A stretch of 64,000 nt of DNA from Blastocatellia bacterium (GTDB lineage: Bacteria > Acidobacteriota > Blastocatellia > UBA7656): the NCBI GenBank assembly GCA_035607285.1, contig DATNBZ010000020.1, positions 4,505 to 68,504 on the forward strand, given 5' to 3'. Position 1 is the first letter of the stretch. Each line of letters begins with the position of its first letter. Under the pieces are notes generated by a model. It saw only the letters and a list, made by a program, of their open reading frames with translations, was not told where the DNA came from and did no database searches. The position numbers were made by a program, and so were the translations under genes. This document shows positions 28,925-38,647 of this stretch, one piece after another.

Positions 28925-30112
28925 ATGCACAGCTTCAAACTCAACCTGATTGCACCTGTTGTTCTAATGGGTCTCGCTTTCACTTCATTGTTGGCCGGCG
29001 CGCGAGTCGAGGCCGTCGCCGTAGACAACGGACTCGCCAGAACGCCGCCGATGGGTTGGAACAGTTGGAACAAATTCGGCTGCAACGTTAGCGAGCAGCT
29101 CATCAAAGAAATTGCCGACGCGATGGTTTCAAGTGGAATGAAAAAGGCCGGCTACCAATACGTCAACATCGACGATTGCTGGCAGGTTAGCCGGGATGCT
29201 TCCGGGAAAATCGTTGGCGATCCAGCCAGGTTTCCCAATGGAATCAAAGCGCTCGCGGATTATGTTCATTCAAAGGGCTTGAAGCTGGGAATCTACACCG
29301 ACGCCGGCACGATGACCTGCGAGAAGCGCCCCGGTAGTCTCGATCACGAAGCACAGGACGCGAAGACTTATGCCGAATGGGGAGTCGATTACGTAAAGAT
29401 CGATTGGTGTCACACTGAAGGTCTCGATCCACAAAAGCAGTACGCGAAGTTTCGCGATGCGCTTTTGGTATGCGGGCGGCCGATCGTGTTCAGCATCTGC
29501 AACTGGGGACGAAACCAACCGTGGACGTGGGGGCCGGCAACCGGGAATCTCTGGCGCACCACCGGCGACATCCAGGACAAGTGGGCCAGTGTGCTAAAGA
29601 TTCTCGACAATCCGAGCCAGCAACACGCCGACGCCGCCGGACCGGGAGCGTGGAATGATCCAGACATGCTCGAAGTCGGGAACGGCAAGATGAGTGATGT
29701 TGAATACCGTTCACATTTCAGCCTGTGGGCGATTATGGCGGCGCCGTTGATCGCCGGCAACGATCTTCGAACGATGTCGCAAGCGACGAAAGACATCCTG
29801 ATGAACGCAGAGGTGATCGCCGTCGATCAGGATGCGGCGGGCAAGCAGGGAACCAGGGTTCATGCCGAGGGCGGCCTGGAAGTTTGGGCGAAACCGCTCA
29901 AGCAAAAAGGCGCTGCCGCCGTCGCCCTCTTCAACAGGAATGACGCGGCTGCGGATATCACTTGCAAGTGGAGCGACGTTGGATTGGGCGCCCGCAAAGC
30001 AAAGGTGCGAGACCTGTGGGCCCACGCCGATCGAGGAGCATTCGCCGGCAGCTTCAAGGCTAATGTTTCTGCGCACGGCGTGGTTATGCTGAAAATCACC
30101 GGCGCAAGGTAA
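28925..30112 (+). CDS. GH27-family alpha-galactosidase (melibiase), secreted
   Basis: 'GLARTPPMGWNSWNKFGCNVSEQL', 'YVNIDDCWQ', 'LKLGIYTDAGTMTC' GH27 signatures. Confidence 0.9.
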   Translation: MHSFKLNLIAPVVLMGLAFTSLLAGARVEAVAVDNGLARTPPMGWNSWNKFGCNVSEQLIKEIADAMVSSGMKKAGYQYVNIDDCWQVSRDASGKIVGDPARFPNGIKALADYVHSKGLKLGIYTDAGTMTCEKRPGSLDHEAQDAKTYAEWGVDYVKIDWCHTEGLDPQKQYAKFRDALLVCGRPIVFSICNWGRNQPWTWGPATGNLWRTTGDIQDKWASVLKILDNPSQQHADAAGPGAWNDPDMLEVGNGKMSDVEYRSHFSLWAIMAAPLIAGNDLRTMSQATKDILMNAEVIAVDQDAAGKQGTRVHAEGGLEVWAKPLKQKGAAAVALFNRNDAAADITCKWSDVGLGARKAKVRDLWAHADRGAFAGSFKANVSAHGVVMLKITGAR

Positions 30113-30124
30113 CGCACGAGATCA

Positions 30125-30245
30125 ACCGCTGATCTTCGCTGACTGCGTAACGCTGATCCACGCAGATCAGCGGTGTTCAGCGATTCGAAAGTCAGCGAGG
30201 ATCAGCGTTATGCAGTCAGCGAAGATCAGCGCTTGATCCCCCTTC
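30125..30245. repeat. Cluster of GATCAGCG/CGCTGATC direct and inverted repeats
   Basis: 'caaccgctgatcttcgctgactgcgtaacgctgatccacgcagatcagcggtg...gaggatcagcgttatgcagtcagcgaagatcagcgcttgatc'. Confidence 0.45.
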
Positions 30246-30268
30246 CCAGATCGAAATCGGAGAACAAA

Positions 30269-32080
30269 GTGAGAGAATCGATCGAGCGCCCCGTCAGAGT
30301 CAGCATCACGATTCTAGCCGCGGCATTCACCATCGCGTCACCGCGCTCCTTCGCGCAGGAGCGCAGGAATCTCGCTTACGAACAGGCGGCGCCCACAATT
30401 CCAGCCCGCCTCACTGAACATTCGAAAAAGATGGAGCAGCGAGTCTACAAGATCGCCGACAACGTCTACTCGGCGGTCGGCTTCGCGCTGGCTAATTCGA
30501 TTATGATTGTCGGGCGTGACGGAATAATCATCGTCGACACCACCGAATCCGTTGACTCAGCCAAAGCCGTCCTTGCCGAGTTCAGAAAGATCACGGACAA
30601 ACCAGTCAAAGCGGTCGTCTACACTCACAACCACTCCGATCACACGATGGGCGTCAAAGCATTCGCGAGCGAAGACGATGTGAAGTCGGGCCGTGTCGTC
30701 ATCTACGCTCACGAGAGTTTGATGGACACGGTCATCAGCAACGCGAGCGTGATCGCTCCGATCCTCGGCTTGCGCTCCGCGTACAGTTTCGGAATTGCGC
30801 TCGAACGAGGACCCGAAGGCTCAGTCAACGAAGGCATCGGTCCGAAGCTGATCATCGGTCAACGAAGCTTCATCGCTCCAAACAAGACATTCAAGGACTC
30901 GCTCGACGTCGAAGTCGCGGGCGTAAAGTTGCGCCTTCAGCACGCGCCAAGCGAAACCGACGATGAGATTGTAGTTTGGCTTCCCGATAACAAAGTCCTG
31001 CTCACCGCCGAGGTGATTCAAGGTGAGTGCTTTCCGAACCTGCACACGCTTAGAGGAACGAAGTATCGCGACCCGGTCAACTGGTTCAAGAGTATCGACA
31101 AGCTGCGGAGCTTCGGCGCCGAGCATATGGCGCCCTCGCACGGCCGGCCTGTTTCAGGAAAACAAAACATAGAGGCGCTGCTGACTTCATATCGCGACGC
31201 GATCCAGTACGTGCACGACCAGACGATTCGAAACATGAACAAAGGCCTGACGCCGGATGAGTTGGTCGAAGCCGTCTCGAAGCTGCCGCCCCATCTTGCG
31301 AATCATCCGTGGCTCGGCGAGTTCTATGGGACGGTCAAACATTCGGTGCGTGAGATCTACTTCGGATATCTCGGCTGGTTCGAAGGCGACCCGACTTTCC
31401 TTGATCCGCTTCCGCGCGGCGAACGCGCGGCCCGCTATGTCGAGCAGATGGGCGGGCGGGCCCGCGTCCTGGAATCGGCTCTGGGAGCCTATGACAAGGC
31501 GGACTATCAATGGGCGGCTGAGTTGGTTACTTACTTGATTCGTGTCAACAAAGACGATGCGGAAGCGCGAACTCTGAAGGCCCGGGCGTTGAGGCAGCTC
31601 GCTTACAAGACTGAAAACACGAATTGGCGCGACTGGTACATTTCGTCCGCGCGAGAGCTCGACAAGAAGTTGAATACTATGGCGACGCTGGCGTCGATGA
31701 CCTCTCTTGCCGCGCCGGACATTGTGAAACAGCTTCCGCTGAGCAAGTTCTTCGAGGCGATGACGGTGAGGCTCGATCCGGTTAAGAGCGCCGATGCGCA
31801 CCTGATCGTTGGATTCCGAATCACCGACGCAGGTCGAGGGTATGCGCTCGAAATAAGAAGAGGCATCGCACAGCTTCACGAGACATTGCCGGCACAACGG
31901 GATGTTACTCTCAGCCTGACGCTCGGCGAACTTCAGCGAATTATCCTGCATCAGACAAGCTTCACGGATTCGCTTAGGAGTGGAGAGACGAAAGTGGAAG
32001 GAAGCCGCGCGGAGCTTGAACGCTTCTTCGGCTTCTTCGACGCGCCGGCAACCGAGGCTCCCGCGCTCACCGCGCGTTGA
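30269..32080 (+). CDS. Alkyl/aryl-sulfatase (MBL-fold, SdsA1/Bds1-type), secreted
   Basis: 'VVYTHNHSDHTMG' metallo-beta-lactamase motif, C-terminal dimerisation and SCP2-like regions; start taken at GTG 30269 after the GGAGAA RBS (the ORF-track N-terminus is repeat-derived). Confidence 0.8.
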   Translation: MRESIERPVRVSITILAAAFTIASPRSFAQERRNLAYEQAAPTIPARLTEHSKKMEQRVYKIADNVYSAVGFALANSIMIVGRDGIIIVDTTESVDSAKAVLAEFRKITDKPVKAVVYTHNHSDHTMGVKAFASEDDVKSGRVVIYAHESLMDTVISNASVIAPILGLRSAYSFGIALERGPEGSVNEGIGPKLIIGQRSFIAPNKTFKDSLDVEVAGVKLRLQHAPSETDDEIVVWLPDNKVLLTAEVIQGECFPNLHTLRGTKYRDPVNWFKSIDKLRSFGAEHMAPSHGRPVSGKQNIEALLTSYRDAIQYVHDQTIRNMNKGLTPDELVEAVSKLPPHLANHPWLGEFYGTVKHSVREIYFGYLGWFEGDPTFLDPLPRGERAARYVEQMGGRARVLESALGAYDKADYQWAAELVTYLIRVNKDDAEARTLKARALRQLAYKTENTNWRDWYISSARELDKKLNTMATLASMTSLAAPDIVKQLPLSKFFEAMTVRLDPVKSADAHLIVGFRITDAGRGYALEIRRGIAQLHETLPAQRDVTLSLTLGELQRIILHQTSFTDSLRSGETKVEGSRAELERFFGFFDAPATEAPALTAR

Positions 32081-32092
32081 GATGATGATCAT

Positions 32093-32716
32093 ATGTCGTC
32101 AAGAACGACGAGTCGCAGGTCTTTTGTGAGTGTGGCGGCGAGTGTCCTTGCGGCGCCGTTTATCGGCCTGGCCGGCAATGTGTCATCAGTGTCAGGAACG
32201 GGAAAGCCAACAAGAACGGGAAAGCCAAATCGTAAACCACTCGTGCTGCCGCTTGTCGATCCGAGCATCATCGTCACGAAGAGCAAACGCATCCTGCGAT
32301 TGTATTCCGGCGGAAAGCTGGTAAGGGAATACCGCGCGGGCCTGGGTTCGAGCCCGGTTGAAGACAAAATAAAAGCGGGCGACCGGCGCACGCCCGAAGG
32401 CGAGTTCTACATTTGCCGGAAGAACGCTCAGAGCAAGTTCTATCTATCCCTCGAGCTCAGCTATCCGAACAGGCGGCACGCCGATCGCGGGCTTCGCGAC
32501 GGACTGATAAGCCGCTCTCAACACAATCAAATCCTCAGTGCATTGGAACACAAACGAGTCCCGCTTCAGAACACCCACCTTGGAGGAGAGATCTTCATTC
32601 ACGGCAACGGATCGAGCAGCGATTGGACCTGGGGCTGCGTCGCGCTGGAAGACAAAGACATTCGGGAGTTGTTTGACGCGATCCCTGTCGGGACGCCGGT
32701 TACCATCGAACATTGA
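32093..32716 (+). CDS. L,D-transpeptidase (YkuD) family protein with TAT signal
   Basis: 'RRSFVSVAASVLAAPF' twin-arginine signal; catalytic 'IHGNGSSSDWTWGCVAL'. Confidence 0.8.
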   Translation: MSSRTTSRRSFVSVAASVLAAPFIGLAGNVSSVSGTGKPTRTGKPNRKPLVLPLVDPSIIVTKSKRILRLYSGGKLVREYRAGLGSSPVEDKIKAGDRRTPEGEFYICRKNAQSKFYLSLELSYPNRRHADRGLRDGLISRSQHNQILSALEHKRVPLQNTHLGGEIFIHGNGSSSDWTWGCVALEDKDIRELFDAIPVGTPVTIEH

Positions 32717-32756
32717 TCGCGCATTCACCGTCGCTGTAGTTGTGAATAGAAGTAGC

Positions 32757-32911
32757 GACATGTAGGGGCGGCTCTCCGTGGCCGCCCCTTAGTGGGTTGA
32801 CGGTGTGTCTCCGGTCGCGACTGAGGGGCGGCCACGGAGGGCCGCCCCTACATGTGGTAAAAGGGTCGCCCCTACATGTGGTAAAAGGGTCGCTAAAAGG
32901 GCCGCCCCTGC
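32757..32911. repeat. Palindromic element, family 1, with extra GGTAAAAGGGTCGCCCCTACATGT direct repeats
   Basis: 'acatgtaggggcggctctccgtggccgcccct' ... 'gaggggcggccacggagggccgcccctacatg' followed by two 'tggtaaaagggtcgc' units. Confidence 0.7.
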
Positions 32912-33918
32912 TAGCGGAGAAGGAATCCATCCTTCAACGGATCATTGGGGTTTGAGAGAAACTCGTGACGCCCGGTTATGTAAGCACTGCCTTCGACTTC
33001 AGGAACAACCGCGGAGTATTCGCCGAAGCGCGTTTCCCGAACAACCCGGCCGGTGAAGCGGGTGCCGATCAGGCTCTCGATCACGAACGGTTCGCCAATC
33101 GCCAATCTTCCTTTCGCATGTTCGAGCGCCACTCGCCCGCTGACGCCGGTGCCGGTGGGCGAGCGATCCACCTCACCTTCGGCGAAGATGCAGACGTTGC
33201 GGCTGTTGGCGCCGGTCGTCAGGGGATCGCTGTCGATTATCGTTCCGTAGAGAAAGCCGAGGTCGTCTTCGAAAGGATGTTTGATATCGAGCGAGTTCAT
33301 GACTGCGCGCTTGACTGACATTCCAACTTCAATCGACTTGCGAAAGTGTTCAGGAACGATTCGCACGCCCAAGTCTTCGGCTCTGCAGTAGGCGTAGAAC
33401 GCTCCGCCGAATGCTACATCGTAGCGCACGCTGCCAATGCCGGGAACGTCGACTGACTGATCGAGCTTATATGCAAACGACGGCACGTTTTCAAAAGCCA
33501 CACTACGAACGTGTTTACCGTCAAAGTTCGCGCGCGCGGTCACGCGACCCGCTGGCGTATCGAGCCTGATCACCTCGCGAGGCGAGAGCATGTTCGTTTC
33601 AAGCAGCACTGTTACGAGGGCTATCACTCCGTGGCCGCACATCGTGCTGTAGCCTTCGTTGTGTATGAAGAGCACTCCCAGATCACCGTCTGGTGTGACC
33701 GCGTCCGTGAGTAAGCACCCATACATATCGGCGTGACCGCGCGGCTCGAACATCAGCGCGCGGCGTACGTGATCGAGGTTCTCGCGTGCGTAACGTCTTT
33801 TTGCAAGGATGGTGTCGCCGGGAATCGGCGGAAGCCCGCCGGTGATTACTCGCAACGGTTCACCGGCGGCGTGCGCGTCGATGGTTGTTATGCGAGTCCA
33901 ATCAGATGGTGAGGTCAT
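32911..33918 (-). CDS. Proline racemase family protein; Cys/Thr catalytic pair suggests trans-3-hydroxy-L-proline dehydratase
   Basis: First catalytic motif 'STMCGHG' (Cys), second motif 'DRSPTGTGVSG' (Thr where racemases/epimerases have Cys). Confidence 0.85.
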   Translation of the reverse strand: MTSPSDWTRITTIDAHAAGEPLRVITGGLPPIPGDTILAKRRYARENLDHVRRALMFEPRGHADMYGCLLTDAVTPDGDLGVLFIHNEGYSTMCGHGVIALVTVLLETNMLSPREVIRLDTPAGRVTARANFDGKHVRSVAFENVPSFAYKLDQSVDVPGIGSVRYDVAFGGAFYAYCRAEDLGVRIVPEHFRKSIEVGMSVKRAVMNSLDIKHPFEDDLGFLYGTIIDSDPLTTGANSRNVCIFAEGEVDRSPTGTGVSGRVALEHAKGRLAIGEPFVIESLIGTRFTGRVVRETRFGEYSAVVPEVEGSAYITGRHEFLSNPNDPLKDGFLLR

Positions 33919-33930
33919 TAAGTGTTTCTT

Positions 33931-34030
33931 CTTTGCGAGCTTTGCGGTCCTTTGCGAGCTTTGCGTTTAACGAATTTGAAAGAAAAATACGTTAGCGCAA
34001 AGCTCGCAAAGGACCGCAAAGCCCGCAAGG
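33931..34030. repeat. Palindromic intergenic element, family 2
   Basis: 'ctttgcgagctttgcggtcctttgcgagctttgcgtttaacg' ... 'cgttagcgcaaagctcgcaaaggaccgcaaagcccgcaagg'. Confidence 0.7.
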
Positions 34031-34032
34031 AT

Positions 34033-35904
34033 TTATTGGCCGGGGGTCGGGCCGTAGAACTTCCAATTCGACACGAACTCGCGCGTTAACTTTTGCTTTG
34101 TCAGACTCGCGCGAACCATCTCGATCGGAATGCGATTCTCCTTCAACACCGCGTCGTGAAAGGCACGATTGGTCATCTTGCCCGAGTCGACCAGGTCTCG
34201 ATGAAGCGCCCGTAGCTGCAAGCCCCCCAGCAAGTATGAGCATTGATAAAGCGGCCCGTAGCCGCCGCCGAACGAGCGCCGCACTTCGGCGGTTGCGTTG
34301 TCCAACTCGTGGCCGACTTTCTTGACCAACAGGTCTATGCACTCCTGAGGCGTCATCTTCTCGAGATGAAAACTAAGCGAGAAAATGATTCGAGCCGAGC
34401 GGTGCATTCGCCAGAACAGCATGCCTATTCGGTTCTCGGGAGACTTTGCGAAGTTCATGTCCCACAACAGCATCTCCCAGTAAAGCGCGCCGCCTTCGGT
34501 CCAGAAAGGCGTGCCGAATATCTGTCGATAGGGCCGATATCGCCCGGCCATGAAGCCCTGAAGGTGATGACCTGGAATTAGTTCATGGAAAACGGTCGCG
34601 CGCGAGAAGTGAATGTTGTTTCCGCGCATGCTCATCATCTTGGCTTCGTGACCCATCGTGTTTGTAGGATAAGACACCTGGATCGTCTCGCCCCCGAGAA
34701 AGAACGGGCTGACGAGCTGGCGTTCGGGCGTCATCATCTCCATTCGCCAGGTGTCGCGGGCAAGTTGCGGAATCGTGACCAGGTCGTGATCGTCCATGAA
34801 CCTGATCGCCTCGATCGCGAGCTCGCGAATCAAGTCGGGTTGCTTGCCAGGTTCGACGTATAAGGTCTTCACGTACTCCAGCGCCTTCATCCAATCGTCG
34901 CCGTAGCCGAGTTCGCGCGACGCCTTCTTCATTTCGTTCTCGCACCAGTCATATTCCTTGTTGGCGATTGCGACGAGCTCCTCGGGTGTGTAAGGAATCA
35001 TCTCGTAAGCGAGCTCGCTCATCAGCGCTTCGCGGCCGATGGGATCGCCGATGATCTCGGTCGTGTCACCGGGCTTAAGGCCGAGAACTTTTTCGCGCAG
35101 GAGTGCAATGTACTTTTCCAGCGCGGTGTCGACCGACTTATAGGGCTCGCCGACCCACCACGTGAACATCGGGTCATAGCCGTTGTAAAAGCCGAACCAG
35201 TTTTTGAGCGTCGCGCGTTGAACGTTGATCGAAGCGATTGCGCGGTTCGCGATCGGTCTCTTGACCTTGATTGCATCAGGCTTTGTGTCGGGCTTTGCGT
35301 CGGGCTTGGCGTCGGGCTTGGCGTCGGGCTTGAGCCCGGCTTCGACCGCCTTGCTTGTCGCGTCGATTTCTTTGGCCATCCTGGTTAGCAGCGCGGCGGT
35401 CTTTGGTGAATCGATCGCCTGCATGCTCCGGCGCGCGTCTTCGAGCTCCGCGATTGTTCGAGCGAACGGCGCGAGCGGCGCGACCTCGTCGAAGGCTTGT
35501 TTTTGAATGTCGAGCTGGCGAAGCTCGTGATCCAGATGGTTCTTGAACAGAATATAGTCGACGCGTCCGTCCTGGCTCATCGAATCGAAGTTGACCTTCG
35601 TAAGAGTCGCAAGCCACTCGCCGTAGAACTGTTTCATGCGCGCCTGCCTCGACGCCGATGCTTCTACGCCGAAGAACCGAAACAGGCTCCCGCGATCGGC
35701 GGCGTATCGTTCGATCAAGGGGCGCAGCTCGCTGACTGGAACATCGCCGTTGGTGAGAGCGGGATCGGAGTTCGATCTCGCTTCGGTCTTGCGCACGGCG
35801 TTGATATTGGTCTGAGCTGCAGAGACTCCGACTGGTCCGCACAACGATTCCAGTGAGAGCATCGCGATCGATAGATATATGCTGATGGAAACTCTGTGCT
35901 TCAT
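34033..35904 (-). CDS. DUF885-family protein (putative metallopeptidase-like), secreted, with (KPDA)n linker
   Basis: 'VFHELIPGHHLQGF' DUF885 HExxPGHH motif; the 15-bp tandem repeat at 35276-35340 encodes KPDAKPDAKPDAKPDTKPDA. Confidence 0.8.
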   Translation of the reverse strand: MKHRVSISIYLSIAMLSLESLCGPVGVSAAQTNINAVRKTEARSNSDPALTNGDVPVSELRPLIERYAADRGSLFRFFGVEASASRQARMKQFYGEWLATLTKVNFDSMSQDGRVDYILFKNHLDHELRQLDIQKQAFDEVAPLAPFARTIAELEDARRSMQAIDSPKTAALLTRMAKEIDATSKAVEAGLKPDAKPDAKPDAKPDTKPDAIKVKRPIANRAIASINVQRATLKNWFGFYNGYDPMFTWWVGEPYKSVDTALEKYIALLREKVLGLKPGDTTEIIGDPIGREALMSELAYEMIPYTPEELVAIANKEYDWCENEMKKASRELGYGDDWMKALEYVKTLYVEPGKQPDLIRELAIEAIRFMDDHDLVTIPQLARDTWRMEMMTPERQLVSPFFLGGETIQVSYPTNTMGHEAKMMSMRGNNIHFSRATVFHELIPGHHLQGFMAGRYRPYRQIFGTPFWTEGGALYWEMLLWDMNFAKSPENRIGMLFWRMHRSARIIFSLSFHLEKMTPQECIDLLVKKVGHELDNATAEVRRSFGGGYGPLYQCSYLLGGLQLRALHRDLVDSGKMTNRAFHDAVLKENRIPIEMVRASLTKQKLTREFVSNWKFYGPTPGQ

Positions 35905-36125
35905 TTAGTCTCCTCGAACTAAGGTAACGGTGAGCGAGTAATGCTCGACGCCGAAAACAAGAGTTACCTGATCGGTTCTTATCTCACACCTCGCACCGCG
36001 CTGCAAACGTTGCGTGATCTGTCGAAGCACATGCCGGGGCGCTGGGCGACGCGAGCGCAAGCCGGTGATTCTCAAGAACCCGCACAAGTGCTAGAATGTG
36101 CTCACGACTTGAAACGGAGAGTCCA

Positions 36126-36386
36126 ATGCAAAGTCTGGTGGTTGAGATTCTAAACCCCGATACAGTTCAAGCGATCGCCGATGCCGCCAGGCTTCAGGGG
36201 ACCACGCCCGAAGCATGCGCGGTGGAGCTTCTCGAGACTGCGCTCCTTGCCAGACGACCGTTCGAAGAGATCGTGGAACCTATTGCGCGCGACTTCGATG
36301 AAGGCGGGTTGACGGAGGCAGAGCTCGACGAGCTGATTAAGCGGGCGCGACGCGCTGTTCGCGATGAGAGCGGTTCGAAGAAATAG
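36126..36386 (+). CDS. Putative antitoxin (ribbon-helix-helix-like) of a PIN toxin-antitoxin pair
   Basis: 86 aa, GGAGA RBS; stop 2 nt before the PIN gene start. Confidence 0.5.
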   Translation: MQSLVVEILNPDTVQAIADAARLQGTTPEACAVELLETALLARRPFEEIVEPIARDFDEGGLTEAELDELIKRARRAVRDESGSKK

Positions 36387-36388
36387 CC

Positions 36389-36868
36389 ATGCCCGAACAC
36401 ACCCCGCGTGTGGTCTTTGATTGCAATGTCTTTGTTCAGGGAATAGCCAACCGTCGCAGCGCGGCTCGAGCGGCGATGCGCTTATTCTTCGATGGCGAGA
36501 TCTCGCTATTTGTCAGCGAGGCGATTCTGCGCGAAGTCCGCGACGTACTAAATCGTGAAGAGCTTCGGCGCAAGCTGCCAGCCATTAAGGATCGCCTCGT
36601 CAACGCTCTCCTCCTAAAACTTGAAGGAAGAGCCATCCTCACTACCAACGTTCCCGAAGAGCACCAGTACGACCGCGATCCAAATGATGAGAAGTATCTA
36701 AATCTCGCGATCGTCTCTAGCGCTTCCTATCTGGTAAGCAAGGACGATGACCTCTTAGACTTAATAAGCACCAACACGGATGTTGCGCTCCGGTTCCGCA
36801 ACCCGTTTCTACAGATTCTTACCGCAAGCGACTTCATTACGAAGATGAAGTCGCAGAGCACCAGCTGA
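36389..36868 (+). CDS. PIN-domain protein (putative toxin, TIGR00305-like)
   Basis: 'RVVFDCNVFVQGI' N-terminal PIN signature with acidic residues. Confidence 0.75.
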   Translation: MPEHTPRVVFDCNVFVQGIANRRSAARAAMRLFFDGEISLFVSEAILREVRDVLNREELRRKLPAIKDRLVNALLLKLEGRAILTTNVPEEHQYDRDPNDEKYLNLAIVSSASYLVSKDDDLLDLISTNTDVALRFRNPFLQILTASDFITKMKSQSTS

Positions 36869-36898
36869 TTTCGTACCAGACAGGCGCGCCAAAGTACA

Positions 36899-38275
36899 CT
36901 AAGCAGGCCGTTCCTTCGAAATCGTCATCGTCTCCGGATTCCACGCGTAAGCCTGGCTCTCGAATAAGCTTCGATTAGTCAGCAAAGCGGCGCCCGCCGC
37001 GCGGAAGCCGAACACCGCGTCTTCGACGACCGGTTTTCGCGAGCGCATCCCGTCAAAGAACGCATTGAAGTGATCGACTGAATCGCTGTAGCCCGACGGC
37101 GGCGCGTAAGTATCCTGCGTCGACGCGTTGATGTCCTGCTTGTTCTCCGGATACTTCGTGCGGTACTCCTTCAGGAAGGCTTCCTGTGTCGCCTTTGTAA
37201 AAGTATCGATCGTGTAGCCGGGCTCTTTTGCTCGTTGCTTCTTTGCGACCGTCACGACGCCTGAGATCGTCATCACACCCTCGCTGCCGATGAAGCGAAA
37301 GCCGGAGCTTTCATTGGCGCCTGCCGCGAAATTGACTCTCAGAGCCAGATTGAAGGCGGGCGTACTCGCGGTCTTCGGATAATCGCAAAGCGCCAGCATC
37401 ACATCAGGCACGTCGCGGCCGTCGTTCCAGTAGCGCAGCCCACCGGTTGCCATCACCCTGGACGGCCCTGTAGTACCGACTACAAAGTGCAAACCTGAGA
37501 ACAGGTGAACGAACAAATCGCCCGCGACTCCGGTGCCGTAGTCGCGATAGTTTCTCCATCTGAAAAATCTGGTCGGATCGAACGGGCGCTTCGGCGCTTC
37601 GCCGAGGAAGCGATCCCAATCAACCGTTCCCGGCGAAGCGTCGGGCGGAATCGAATACTGCCACGCGCCGATCGCGCTGCTGCGGTCCCACCATGCTTCG
37701 ATCATGTTGAGTTCGCCGATTGCTCCGGATGCGAGCAGGTCTTTTGCTTTCTTGTAGACGATAGAGCTGACGCGCTGGCTTCCCACCTGAAATATCCGGC
37801 CGGTCTTTTTCGCTGTCTCGATTACGTGTTTGCCTTGTTCGAGCTGCTGCACCATGGGCTTTTCGCAATAGACGTCTTTACCCGCATTCATCGCGTCGTT
37901 CGAGATTCGCATGTGCCAGTGATCGGGCGTGGCGATGATGACCGCGTCGACGTCTGAACGCGCAAGCACTTCGCGATAATCGCGTGTGGTGAAGAGCTGG
38001 TTGCCCCAAATCTCTTTTGCGCGAGCGAGCCGCCCGTCGTAGAGATCGGCGACGGCGACGAGTTCTATTCCCGGGATCTTCAATGCCTCTCGCGTATCGC
38101 CCATGCCTTGCCCGCCGGCCCCGATGAGCCCGAGTCTGATTTTGTCGCTCGGCGCGACCGTCTTACTAGATTCGGACTTGTCCGCTGCGAGAATCGTTGT
38201 CGAAGTAGCCGCCGCCAGCGTCGTCGCCGTCGTCAGCTTGATGAAATCTCGTCGAGTTGTTCTTCCGGTATTCAT
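36899..38275 (-). CDS. Gfo/Idh/MocA-family NAD(P)-dependent oxidoreductase with TAT signal
   Basis: 'MNTGRTTRRDFIKLTTATTLAAA' TAT signal, 'RLGLIGAGGQG' Rossmann motif; start at M33 of the ORF-track ORF (GGAGA RBS). Confidence 0.85.
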   Translation of the reverse strand: MNTGRTTRRDFIKLTTATTLAAATSTTILAADKSESSKTVAPSDKIRLGLIGAGGQGMGDTREALKIPGIELVAVADLYDGRLARAKEIWGNQLFTTRDYREVLARSDVDAVIIATPDHWHMRISNDAMNAGKDVYCEKPMVQQLEQGKHVIETAKKTGRIFQVGSQRVSSIVYKKAKDLLASGAIGELNMIEAWWDRSSAIGAWQYSIPPDASPGTVDWDRFLGEAPKRPFDPTRFFRWRNYRDYGTGVAGDLFVHLFSGLHFVVGTTGPSRVMATGGLRYWNDGRDVPDVMLALCDYPKTASTPAFNLALRVNFAAGANESSGFRFIGSEGVMTISGVVTVAKKQRAKEPGYTIDTFTKATQEAFLKEYRTKYPENKQDINASTQDTYAPPSGYSDSVDHFNAFFDGMRSRKPVVEDAVFGFRAAGAALLTNRSLFESQAYAWNPETMTISKERPA

Positions 38276-38378
38276 CGCCCGTCTCCTTCTCGACGCAGGC
38301 TCTTGCGGTCTGCGCGATTCTGATTGCAATGTTTCAAACCCAATCTGGTTCGAAGGCCCAACTTTTCGCAAGCCGTTC

Positions 38379-38515
38379 GCTCACATTCGCGTTTTTTCCT
38401 CTGCGTCCTCGGCGTCCTCTGCGGTTGATTCCGAGCCACTGAGCAGGCAAAACCGCGGAGGACGCCGGGGCCGCAGAGGACTGCTTCCTGACAACACGCT
38501 AATACGCCACTGCCC
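38379..38515. repeat. Palindromic element, family 3, long (about 135 bp) copy
   Basis: Near-identical over its length to 55925-56058 ('gctcacattcgcgttt...cctctgcggttgattccgagc.actgagcagg.aaaaccgcggaggacgccgggg.cgcagaggactgctt.ct..caacacgctaata'). Confidence 0.7.
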
Positions 38516-38647
38516 AACTTTCGGGTTGGTTGCTCGTTGAGTGGAAAGCCTACTATTATCCTCCTGCGCGGTCGGTTTGCAATCAGAAATTGCGCAGGTT
38601 GCAATCAGAAATTGCATGGCTCACACACTTTTGTCGGGAGAGATCGA

